A stretch of DNA of 64,000 nucleotides, taken from positions 480,001 through 544,000 of the forward strand of contig CBDBCZ010000019.1 of the NCBI GenBank assembly GCA_965203295.1, given 5' to 3'. Each line of letters starts with the position of its first letter. The first letter of the stretch is position 1. This document shows positions 15,981 to 25,582 of this stretch, in pieces. The DNA comes from Nitrospirales bacterium (GTDB taxonomy: Bacteria > Nitrospirota > Nitrospiria > Nitrospirales > UBA8639). Below the pieces are notes generated by a model that did not search any database, was not told where the DNA came from, and saw nothing but the letters and a program-made list of their open reading frames with translations. The translations under genes were made by a program, and so were the position numbers.

Positions 15981-16634
15981 GTGCAAGCGAGACGACTAGT
16001 TGAAACGTATTCAGAACTCATCTCTTGGTATGATGGGCGATTTCAGAAAAGTGGGACATGGCCTACAAGCTCAGAATACGCTCAAAACTTATTAGATATT
16101 TTGCGTAAGGCTGGTCATGGGGATTTCAGGGATGCGAACTTGCTCGATGTTGCATGTGGGGGAGGGTATTTCATAAAGCATGCTGGAAAAGCATTTCGTT
16201 TCGTTGTGGGGTGTGATATCAGCAGAGCCGCACTTTGCGAGGCGTATCAACACTCTCCCTCTAGTCTCGTTGTTCAAGCTAACGCAGAATCCTTGCCGTT
16301 TGCCGACGCCCATTTTGACTATGTGACGTGTCTTGGATCGCTCGAACACTTTCTAGCGCCAGGTCGGGCGTTACTGGAAATGCAACGAGTCATCAAGCCG
16401 AATGGCAGTTTGCTCATTTTAGTGCCAACTCATCCTGATTGGGCCACTTACGGTGAACAGCCAACTGAGATTGTGATGGAGCCAGATGAATGGGAGACGT
16501 ACTTTCGCTGGTGCGGGTTTGAAACGTTCATGACGGTGGTTGCCAATGATTATGAGTCTCTCCGATCAGCTTCGGCGGGTTCCCATGTGTATTGCCTTCG
16601 GATAGCACAGTCTGATCTGTCGACAGTTATGTAA
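15981..16634 (+). CDS. Class I SAM-dependent methyltransferase
   Basis: LLDVACGGG, GCDIS, AESLPFADAHFD, SLEHF, RVIKPNG. Confidence 0.88.
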   Translation: MQARRLVETYSELISWYDGRFQKSGTWPTSSEYAQNLLDILRKAGHGDFRDANLLDVACGGGYFIKHAGKAFRFVVGCDISRAALCEAYQHSPSSLVVQANAESLPFADAHFDYVTCLGSLEHFLAPGRALLEMQRVIKPNGSLLILVPTHPDWATYGEQPTEIVMEPDEWETYFRWCGFETFMTVVANDYESLRSASAGSHVYCLRIAQSDLSTVM

Positions 16635-16648
16635 TCAAGGAGAACGAC

Positions 16649-17737
16649 ATGCAACCTGACATGAAAGCTTTTTGGAGCTCCAACCTGAAACCAGAAGAAG
16701 AAGAAGTTGAAGAGATTCTCCGGCGCATAGACGAAAACCTAGCCCTTGGTCCTATTATAGCGGGGAATTCTAACCGGATGGAGGCGGCAAATCTTGGAGA
16801 ATCTCCAACGCTACCAGATCTCCCTAACCTGTTAGGGAAGTTGCAAGAGGTCAGACAGGCAGAAGCTCCATTTTTTGTCATCAAAGGGCAATGGTTGCAT
16901 AGGCTCATGCGCCGTGTACTCAACTTGCCCATCCGCGTTTTCGGGCAGAAACAGGCTTTTTTCAGCCGAGAAGTTTTGGACTTGCTCCACCTCATGACGA
17001 GTCAACTCCAAAACCTCCATCAGCATGCTCAATATCAGCTTGCCGAAGTTGGGGGGCAAGCGAGCCAGCTCCAGAACCTGCAGTACGAAGTCCGTAAGCA
17101 GAGGAAATCGATTGACTTGGCTGGCAAATTATTAGTGATGCTGTCGCCCGATTTGCGGGAACGTCTCGCAGCCGATGAGCCATTTAATAAGTATCTTCCG
17201 GATCCACGGTGCATCAACGCCGAGCGCTATGCGAAGCGGCTGGCTGAAATGGGCGAACATCTAAAGGTGAACCTGGGCTGTGGGGAAAACCCTTGGCCTG
17301 ATTATATCAATGTGGATCTCCGAGAAGTTTTCGATGTCGATATTGCGGCTGATGCTCGAAAACTTCCTTTTGAGCAAGGAACATTGGCTGAACTCGCCTC
17401 AGCCCATCTTGTGGAGCACTTCCGCGAATACCAATTCCGTACCCACATCCTGCTCTACTGGAAGAATCTTCTCAAGCCAGATGGTGTTCTACGCATCATC
17501 TGTCCCAACTGGGCAGCGATGTTGGAACGGCTTCACGATGGTCGAATGTCTTTGGCGGACTTCAAGAAAGTGACGTTTGGGGCCCAAAACTATGAAGGCG
17601 ATGATCACTTTATGATGTATACGCCAGAGACGCTTACTGTCTTACTCAACGCGGCTGGCTTTAGCCGCGTTGAAGTTGAATCCAAGGAACGCATGAATGG
17701 TCTCTGCCCCGAAATGGAACTGGTTGCAAGGCTCTGA
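16649..17737 (+). CDS. Coiled-coil plus C-terminal methyltransferase-like protein (candidate glycan chain terminator)
   Basis: Amphipathic HRLMRRVLNLPIR segment and Q/L-rich helical region, then VNLGCG, YINVD, HLVEHF, LKPDG. Confidence 0.75.
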   Translation: MQPDMKAFWSSNLKPEEEEVEEILRRIDENLALGPIIAGNSNRMEAANLGESPTLPDLPNLLGKLQEVRQAEAPFFVIKGQWLHRLMRRVLNLPIRVFGQKQAFFSREVLDLLHLMTSQLQNLHQHAQYQLAEVGGQASQLQNLQYEVRKQRKSIDLAGKLLVMLSPDLRERLAADEPFNKYLPDPRCINAERYAKRLAEMGEHLKVNLGCGENPWPDYINVDLREVFDVDIAADARKLPFEQGTLAELASAHLVEHFREYQFRTHILLYWKNLLKPDGVLRIICPNWAAMLERLHDGRMSLADFKKVTFGAQNYEGDDHFMMYTPETLTVLLNAAGFSRVEVESKERMNGLCPEMELVARL

Positions 17738-20061
17738 TGCGCATCTGCTTGTTAACTCTTACCTATCCGCCTCGTGACACGGAAGGCATTGTTCGTCACC
17801 GTCAGGTGCTGGCCACAGAGTTGGCACGTCAGGGGCATGATGTGCACGTAGTGACCTGTGGCGCGACAGACTGCGTACGGCACGAGGCGGGAATGGTTGT
17901 GCATGAAGTAACAGGCAGAGAGATCAATCATTTTTCCTCTTCGTATCCGAATATGGACGTGATGCTCTCTCAGAGCCAGGTGCTCCACGAAGGACTCTCG
18001 CGAGTTGTCTCAGAAGGTCCGTGCGACATAATGGATATCCCGTTCTGGTCGTTACAGGGGCTCGTTGCCATACTAAAGTGCGATTGTCCAACAGTCATTT
18101 TTCTTCAAACAACTCGGGCTCAGCTACTTGAGATCAATGCGCAGCAACCCCAGCCCGGTAATCAAGCCCTTCTGGATCTTGAGCGTTTGTGTCTGGGTCG
18201 TGCTTCGAGCATTATGGCTGACTCGCATTCAATTCTTGAGACCGTCCGGTGTCATCATGGATTGCCATCAGGTGCGCGGTCTGCGGTCATTCACCTGGGC
18301 GTACCGGCTTTGACTAGTCCCATTCCGGAACATCGGTCTCATGAAACAGTCGAGGGGTTGATCGTTGGTCAGTTGGAACGACGAGAAGACACGCCGATCC
18401 TGTTGGAGATCCTCCTCGAGCTGTTGCGGCGATATCCAAATCTAAGAGTTCGTTTCGTCGGACGGGATAGCAGCGCTAATCACGGAGGGGCTTTGCACTA
18501 TAGAAAAACGTACCCGGAGTTTTTTCATCAACGCGATCCAGGATTCACTGATCGGGTGATTTTTGAAGGATACGTAGACGAAGTGCGCCTCAGCCATTGC
18601 TATCAAGAAGCTGACTTTCTGCTAGCTCCTTCCCTGTATGAGTCAATTGGCTTGGTGTATCTGGAAGCGATGCGAGCAGCCCTGCCAGTCGTGGCGTTTG
18701 CGAGCGAGGGAGCGAATGAGATTTTTGAGAAAGGAGACGCACACGGAGCATATCTTGCTGAGCCAGGCAAAAAAGAGGATCTGATGAAAGTTATCGGCCA
18801 AATGGTGGAGTCTCCTGAGTTACGGCAACGGTTGGGCATGGCCGGATTGTCCCGTTTCAAGGAGGCATTTACTGCCGAGGCGATGGCACGATCCCATGTG
18901 GAGTTCTATAAACATGTGCTGGCACGATCCTCTATTCAGAGACATCCAGCTCGGGTGATCTACCAGGTTATGGAGGTCTTGGAGGTAGGCGATGCTGTCA
19001 GCAATATCGCTCGCCGCAACGCATGCCTGCTAGCCGAATTGCACCAACCGAAAGAAATTCTGGTGCGCTATGCGCACGAAGAGGTCAAGCACGTGACCCA
19101 GCCTTTACGCCAGGTATTGGTCAATCCGGACTGTGGCCTCATTTTCCATTATTGGGCATACAACACCTCTATCTGGGCCTTGTCGGTGAGTAGAGGACCA
19201 AAAGCTCTTTACTACCATAACATTACACCTCCGCACTATTTCCACTACGATTCCGCAACCTACCATGCCACGTCTCAGGGATACGCACAACTCCCTCAGA
19301 TACTCAAGCGGGTTGATTTCTTAATTGGCGATTCTCGGTACAATCTTGAAAGCCTGAGTCCTTATCTTGATAGGCCTAAGCCAGCGATCGTTATTTACCC
19401 GGGGGTGGAAGTTAGCCAAATGCAAGAGGCTTCATATGACCAGGCACTCTTTGCTCATCTTCGCCAGCCAGGGCATGTTAATATTGTCTTCGTTGGACGG
19501 ATTGCTCGGAACAAGCGGCAGGATCAAGTGATGCGTGTATTTGACTACTATTGGCGTGAGGTTAATCGGCATGCCAGTCTTTGGCTAGTAGGTGGTGATG
19601 CGAACGATGCATCCTATTGTGATGAATTGGAAGAATTCCGCCAATCATTGGCAAGTGGGAAGGAGATTATGTTCACTGGCAAGGTCTCCGACAGCCAGGT
19701 CAATACGTACCTTCGCGCGGCAGATGTGTTTTTGTGTGCCTCTGAACACGAAGGATTCTGTGTGCCAATTGTTGAAGCTATGGCCTTGGATGTGCCTGTC
19801 TTGGCTTACGCAGCCGCGGCGGTCCCAGAAACCATGGGGGGGAGTGGCTTATTGATCCATCAGTGGGATGTGCCACGTGTGGCTGAACTGATGCATGTCG
19901 TGCTGAGAGATGACCATGTGCGGCACAAGATTCTGGCTGGTCAACGCGTCAATCTTCAACGCTTCGAATCGTCAGTTGCATGTCTTCGATTGGAGGCTGT
20001 GGTGAATTATTTGCAAACGGGCGTGGGCAGTCCGCTTTTTGAGCGTAATTTCAACGCGTAG
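17737..20061 (+). CDS. Tandem GT4-GT4 glycosyltransferase
   Basis: Two EX7E motifs (ESIGLVYLEAM, EGFCVPIVEAM). The first domain has VGQLERREDT where the neighbouring GT has VGRLERRKG. Confidence 0.88.
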   Translation: MRICLLTLTYPPRDTEGIVRHRQVLATELARQGHDVHVVTCGATDCVRHEAGMVVHEVTGREINHFSSSYPNMDVMLSQSQVLHEGLSRVVSEGPCDIMDIPFWSLQGLVAILKCDCPTVIFLQTTRAQLLEINAQQPQPGNQALLDLERLCLGRASSIMADSHSILETVRCHHGLPSGARSAVIHLGVPALTSPIPEHRSHETVEGLIVGQLERREDTPILLEILLELLRRYPNLRVRFVGRDSSANHGGALHYRKTYPEFFHQRDPGFTDRVIFEGYVDEVRLSHCYQEADFLLAPSLYESIGLVYLEAMRAALPVVAFASEGANEIFEKGDAHGAYLAEPGKKEDLMKVIGQMVESPELRQRLGMAGLSRFKEAFTAEAMARSHVEFYKHVLARSSIQRHPARVIYQVMEVLEVGDAVSNIARRNACLLAELHQPKEILVRYAHEEVKHVTQPLRQVLVNPDCGLIFHYWAYNTSIWALSVSRGPKALYYHNITPPHYFHYDSATYHATSQGYAQLPQILKRVDFLIGDSRYNLESLSPYLDRPKPAIVIYPGVEVSQMQEASYDQALFAHLRQPGHVNIVFVGRIARNKRQDQVMRVFDYYWREVNRHASLWLVGGDANDASYCDELEEFRQSLASGKEIMFTGKVSDSQVNTYLRAADVFLCASEHEGFCVPIVEAMALDVPVLAYAAAAVPETMGGSGLLIHQWDVPRVAELMHVVLRDDHVRHKILAGQRVNLQRFESSVACLRLEAVVNYLQTGVGSPLFERNFNA

Positions 20062-20069
20062 AGTCAGCG

Positions 20070-21371
20070 ATGCAGTATTTGCCTCTGTTTGATCGCAAGC
20101 ACACGGCTCTGGTTGGGGGTGCACAGTATTGGTGTGAGTCTTGGATGCCTTTCGGACAGTCAGTGGCTTTGCATTCGCCAGGTGATGCTATGAGCATTAC
20201 GGGCAAGGGGCGTCAAATTGGAATTATTTTTCTTCGACATGACTGGAGCGGCTTCGTTGAGGTGGAGATTGGTGAACGATCGCATTGCATCGATCTTTTC
20301 TCGTCTCAAAGCATGAAATGGATTTTTGAAGCCTTACCCTCAAATGCGACTGAGCCTGTATCTATTACCGTACGGCTCAGTGATAAAAAAATGCCAATTC
20401 GCACGGCACTCAAGCGTGGATACTAGCCGTGTATGTCTCAGAGTACCTGACCAACGAAATTCCAGAACTTATCCAGGCCAGTGTGCAAGATCAACCTCTT
20501 GAAGAGGTAAGGCTCAATCAACTCACGGATGTGTTCAAATGGTATGATCCTGACTGGTTGATGGCCCAGAAATTGGTTGCTCCAGAACCGGAATACTTTC
20601 CACCAGACTTCGTGCATTGAAAGAGTTGGGAGTGGATACAGTGTTTTTATGGGCTTCGCGTCTTAGGCATGGTCCGACCAGAGTACAGGGCTTTAGGGGT
20701 TGGGGTTGGCTGAGAACCATTCTCATTTCATTTCTCGAATTATTTTCATGAAGTTGTGGCAACTGACTCTCTATACTCCAGAAGGGGAGTGGGGCGTCTG
20801 TGAGGTCAAGGAGGACTTCTCAGAGATTATGGATAATCCAGATCGATTCGCCTCAGGTCCGTGGCGTCGAGAATGTTTAAGGTTCCTGTGTATGGATGGT
20901 ACAAACCTGGATTTCCCTGATGCGTCCTTTGACATTGTCTGGTCCTGCTAATCCATCGAGAATTTTGCTGGGCATTCGGGAGCCTTACAAACCATGTTGG
21001 AGATCGAGCGTGTGCTCAAACCAGGAGGAGTCGCGGCGATTACTACAGAATACGTGCTGCCGGACCCCTCGACTGGTTTGAATAATATATTTGACTCAGA
21101 GTATTTCAACCTACGGTGTTTATATGAGTATCTGATCCGTCCTCTTACTCATCTTCGTTTGGTCCAAGGCCTTGACTTGTCCATCCCTGATTACTACATC
21201 CGGCGAGCCTGCCTGTATCCTGAAGATGCAGGTTCACCACATAATGGAAGCAGCAAGGCACATATTGTGTTGCAGTCACCTTTAGGCCCGTTTTTTACAA
21301 GCATCGCGCTTTTACCGAAAGCTAGTGTGCTGACCTTTCTTGGGAAAGTTAGTGCATTCAGGCATTCCTAA
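20070..21371 (+). pseudogene. HDWSG module fused to a class I methyltransferase, disrupted
   Basis: Frameshift in an A7 run (20385-20391), TGA at 20618-20620, TGA after GVGVG (20711-20713), another frameshift, and TAA at 20949-20951. Retained motifs MDGTNLDFPDASFD and RVLKPGG. Confidence 0.85.
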
Positions 21372-21413
21372 TTATGGTGTTTTGGTAAGACCTCAAAATG
21401 GAGTGTCACCTCA

Positions 21414-21602
21414 ATGAAGTCCCTTAATTTCCTGCCAGCGAATCATTCCACGTTGCACTTCCACGGAAACTGGATGCCTTCAACCCTATCCCAAACACAA
21501 TACACATATGGGAACGATCACGACTTTGTCGAAATCTTAGGACAGTTTCGTGATTTGTACGGAATATTCTATCTTCATGAGTGGAGTGGTATTGCGCGTT
21601 TA
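21414..21602 (+). pseudogene. 5' fragment of a HEWSG-module protein cut by IS630
   Basis: LHFHGNW...IFYLHEWSGIARL ends exactly at the TA insertion site. Confidence 0.7.
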
Positions 21603-22502
21603 TAGTCATTCCAAATAATTTCCATATGCTCGAATAATGTCATCGAGCGGGGTATCCGGCGGGGCGGGCGTATTGGCGCCGTTTTTTGATCGTCGCAAAA
21701 TCCTGTTCAATAGGATTGAAGTCAGGCGAATACGGAGGCAGAAAGAGGAGCGTGTGGCCAGCCTGGTTGATCAGCTTTTGCGTCTCTTTCGTTTTATGAA
21801 AGGCGGCGTTATCCATAATGAGGGTTGAGTGAGGGGCCAGCTCTTTGAAGAGATGTTGTTCCAACCAAGCATTGAACCATTCGGCATTTGTACTCCCCTC
21901 AAACAGCACGGGGGCCACCAGTCGCTTCCCCCACTTGCCCGCAATCAAGCTAGTCCGTGGTCGAGTATTTCTACTTCGTTGGCCAGCGATCCGTTGCCCT
22001 TTACACGCCCAGCCGTAAGTCCGGTGGGCGGTGCGCTCAAACCCACTTTCATCCAGATAAACCACCTTGGCCGCCCCCCGGGGAGCGAGCAGGTGCCGGA
22101 GCTGCTGGAGATAGGCACCCCGCTTGGTTGGATCCCGTTCAGCGTACCGCAGAGTTTTTTTATGCGTCACCTTCATCTGGCGGAGAGCATACCAGATGGC
22201 ATTGATTCGCCCCCCGAAGTGCTGGGCCCGTTCCTTCAGCGTGGCGTCGGGGTGCTGCGCGACATGCTGCCGCAAGGCGAGGCGGTCAAGCTTCCGCCGC
22301 CTGGGACCATGGCGTTTGGGAGCCAGGCCTGCTCGACCGCACCACTCGTGGACACACCAGACACTGACCCGAAACCGCCGAGCCGCGTCCGCCTTCGTGC
22401 CTCCTTCCTTGACAAACTCAACCACCTGTTTCCGCAAATTGATGTGCTGTAAGCCATAGTGGTGATTAGCATACATAACATGGAACTTATTTGGAATGGC
22501 TA
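21603..22502 (-). mobile_element. IS630 family element, degenerate
   Basis: TIRs TAGTCATTCCAAATAA / TTATTTGGAATGGCTA flanked by TA. DDE motifs YLDESG, IMDNAAFH, LPPYSPDFNPIE. Frameshifts near both ends relative to the copy at 37811. Confidence 0.93.
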
Positions 22503-22504
22503 TA

Positions 22505-22684
22505 GATTTGACAATAGTTCTCGGCTGGGATGGCAGTGAGGAACACACGCAGTGTTATAGTGTTGATGAATGGACAATGACGGTCAGGCGAGAAAAGTTT
22601 GAGGTCATTTCGGCGGAAATAGGTAAGCTTTATGATCCATCACGCTATGATGTCACTATCATAGCTCAGAAGCCCGTTATTTGA
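22505..22684 (+). pseudogene. 3' fragment (methyltransferase-like C-terminus) after IS630
   Basis: DLTIVLGWDGSEEHTQCYSVDEW...IIAQKP is in frame with the 21414 fragment across the TA site, and its stop overlaps the start of the next gene. Confidence 0.5.
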
Positions 22685-25332
22685 TTTATATGATCAATCA
22701 AAGTCGTAAAAGTCAGAGCCCATCCCCAAAGTGTTCACTCATCATCAATACCTACAATCGTGCTCACTATCTACGACGGTTGCTCTCAGGGCTTCAACGC
22801 CTGGAGGGTGTGGATTTTGAGGTGATTGTGGTCAACGGGCCGTCGACAGACGGGACGGCTTCCATTCTAGCCAGCTATGCAGGGCGCATCAAGGTTGTCG
22901 ATTGCCCTGTCCGAAATCTGTCGCACTCCCGAAATCTCGGGATTGCTGCCGCAGCGGGTGAAATCGTCGTGTTTATCGACGACGATGCCTTGCCCGAAGA
23001 TGAATGGTGGTTGGCCCGGTATGTGCAGGCCTTTAGTCGCGATGAACGTCTTACCTATACGGGGAGTGCCGTCCGCCTTCGGGATACCTCATCTTTTGAA
23101 TTTCAAGCCGGTTCGACGTCTGACTACGGGTTACAAATCTTTGACAGAAATCCAAGTGTCCAGACAACGTCTGCGGTCGTTCGTTGGATCCAAGGGGTGC
23201 GGGGATGTAACTGCGCGTTTCGGCGAAAGGCTTTAGCGGAGATCGGTGGCTTTGATGAGTTTTTTGCGTACTACCTGGATGAGACGGATGTTTGTCTACG
23301 ACTTATTCGAGCGGGATACACAGGAGCTTACTTGCCCGACAATCCAGTGAGGCATTACTCTGCGCCTTCTCACAACCGGAAAGATCGATTCAATCTGAAT
23401 TGGCACACCATCACGCGCAGTGACACGTATTTTGCCTTGAAGAACGGAGGTGATCCACCGCGGATTCGCATTCCTAAAACGTTGAGGCTGGCGCCTCAGA
23501 AACATTTTGTCAAGGAAATCCAGACATTTTTGCAGAGTGGCGAAATCTCATTGGTTGCTTGGATACGGCTGATGGGGCGATGGGGACGCGGTCTCGTGAG
23601 CGGGCTGATGGCGGGCCTATTCAGGGCCCGACGTCTGGCCAACTTTGGAGCTCCACCACCCGCATTCCTGCCGTTTGGGGCACTGCCCTCTAACCGGCCA
23701 CTGCGCATCGCGCTTCTCAGTCAAGCGGTGCCCGGCCAACCCAATTATGGGGGCATTGGTCGGTACGTATATGATCTGGCATTGGGCCTCCATGAGCGTG
23801 GCCACGAGGTCCATTTCTTCTGTAAGGATGATCAGCCAGCCCGGTGGGAGAGTCTGGGGTTTACGATCCATGGTATCTCGGCTGTTGAAAGTGCCATTGA
23901 CCAGAATTTTGGCCCGTTGCCCATTTTGAACAAGAATCTCGGATATGCGCAAGCGGTTGTGCGACGATTGAGGGATCTGTATACAGAGGGGGTCGAGTTT
24001 GATGTGGTCCAAGTCCCCAACTGGGATACTGAAGGAATTGCGCTGATTCGTTCGGAAATATATCCCGTTGTGCTGGTCACGGTCACGCCACTGGCTCAGA
24101 TTATCTCGGCTGAGCAATGGCCAATCACGGATGACCTTTTGGCTTGTGTGGCATTAGATAAGTGGCAAATCGAACATGCTGATACGGTGTGCTCACCCTC
24201 AGCCGGGGTGTGTAAGAGCTATAAGGAATTCATGGGCGTCTCGGCTGACTCGCTGCGCAACTGGCGTGTGGTGCCGCTCGGCATCATTCCTGAGCAGGCA
24301 CAAGCCATGACACAGCATGCTCGTCATCGCCGTCTACTGTTTGTCGGTCGTCTGGAACGACGCAAAGGCACTCACGTATTGTTAAAGATCCTCCCGACAT
24401 TGCTCACCGAATTTCCTGAGTGGGAATGTCATCTCGTGGGCGATGATGTGATTTCCATGCCGGATGGTGGAACTTTCAAGGAAGGTTTTCTCAGGCAACA
24501 TGCTGGGGTTCCATGGCTCAAGCGGGTATTCTTCCATGGGGTCATTGCAGAGGATGAGTTGCGACGCCATTATCAGATGTGTGACGTCTTTGTTGCCCCA
24601 TCGCTTTTTGAGTCTTATGGCCTTATCTACCATGAGGCGATGCAATACGGAAAGGCGGTGGTTGGGTGTTGGACTGGTGGTGTGCCAGAAGTCGTGTGGC
24701 ATAACGTTGAGGGGCTCTTGGTTGAACCAGGTGACGGGGATGAACTTAAGCAAGCTTTGAGTACCCTAATGCGTGATGAGGCTTTGCGCACACGCATGGG
24801 GCGAGCCGGAGCTGAGCGTGTTCGTCAGCGGGTCAACTATCGCACCATGGCAGCAGGTATGGAGTCAGTCTATTATGAGGCTATTGCCGCAGTAGGAGAG
24901 GAACGGCGTACCCGTCGTATCCGCCATTGGCCGCGGAGCCTCCCGTTGTTTACACCATCCGAAGAGGTCACCATTCAAGGTCACTGGATAGCGAGGACGG
25001 CGACAAATGGGCAAACCTATAAGCTTGGGAAGCCCGGTGCCATAATCAGTTTTCAGGCCTCTCCAGGGACTTGGTTGCAAATAACAGCGTTGCGCCACGA
25101 CTGGAGCGGCATCTTGGAGGTCCGAGGCGGCGGCGATTGGGTTCGGCACCTCGATTTGTATCAGCCTCATGGGCAATTTGACTATCAATGCCATATTGAT
25201 GTGCCCGTGAATGGAACCGACGAGTCCGTCACGGTTACGTTTCGAGTGTTGCCAGAGCGTAATCCTGCAAGTTTTGCCTGTGAAGTGTGGTTGAAACAGA
25301 TTGCGGTGTCGAGCGCAGAAGCCATAGCCTGA
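22681..25332 (+). CDS. GT2-GT4 multidomain glycosyltransferase with a C-terminal HDWSG beta-sandwich module
   Basis: GT2: INTYNR, FIDDDA, GGFDE, DETD. GT4: VGRLERRKG, ESYGLIYHEAM. C-terminal module at ~24940-25310. An ATG alternative start lies at 22690. Confidence 0.9.
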   Translation: MIYMINQSRKSQSPSPKCSLIINTYNRAHYLRRLLSGLQRLEGVDFEVIVVNGPSTDGTASILASYAGRIKVVDCPVRNLSHSRNLGIAAAAGEIVVFIDDDALPEDEWWLARYVQAFSRDERLTYTGSAVRLRDTSSFEFQAGSTSDYGLQIFDRNPSVQTTSAVVRWIQGVRGCNCAFRRKALAEIGGFDEFFAYYLDETDVCLRLIRAGYTGAYLPDNPVRHYSAPSHNRKDRFNLNWHTITRSDTYFALKNGGDPPRIRIPKTLRLAPQKHFVKEIQTFLQSGEISLVAWIRLMGRWGRGLVSGLMAGLFRARRLANFGAPPPAFLPFGALPSNRPLRIALLSQAVPGQPNYGGIGRYVYDLALGLHERGHEVHFFCKDDQPARWESLGFTIHGISAVESAIDQNFGPLPILNKNLGYAQAVVRRLRDLYTEGVEFDVVQVPNWDTEGIALIRSEIYPVVLVTVTPLAQIISAEQWPITDDLLACVALDKWQIEHADTVCSPSAGVCKSYKEFMGVSADSLRNWRVVPLGIIPEQAQAMTQHARHRRLLFVGRLERRKGTHVLLKILPTLLTEFPEWECHLVGDDVISMPDGGTFKEGFLRQHAGVPWLKRVFFHGVIAEDELRRHYQMCDVFVAPSLFESYGLIYHEAMQYGKAVVGCWTGGVPEVVWHNVEGLLVEPGDGDELKQALSTLMRDEALRTRMGRAGAERVRQRVNYRTMAAGMESVYYEAIAAVGEERRTRRIRHWPRSLPLFTPSEEVTIQGHWIARTATNGQTYKLGKPGAIISFQASPGTWLQITALRHDWSGILEVRGGGDWVRHLDLYQPHGQFDYQCHIDVPVNGTDESVTVTFRVLPERNPASFACEVWLKQIAVSSAEAIA

Positions 25333-25582
25333 CCAGCGAAAGCAAGAGGCTTTGTTCGGTACCCATGTTTCTTGGTCACTATGCCAGGCCGTCAGTAATC
25401 ACTGAGTCGATCGGATTAATCCAGCGCCTATGTTCGTTCACCCTTTTTGTAAGACTCACCACACCACTAACTTTTCTGGCAATGGTATAAAAGCAGGAGG
25501 GCATCATCCATAGGCCTGATTAAGTTGGCGGATAGAAGAACCACTGGGGATATGCCATGAAGAAACGGGTTCTAGAGCGGCG

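Noticed and set aside
21829..22459. Long antisense ORFs over transposases (also 37835-38557, 40434-41879, 45599-46345)
   Set aside because: These are opposite-strand or alternate-frame shadows of GC-rich IS coding sequence with no independent motifs.
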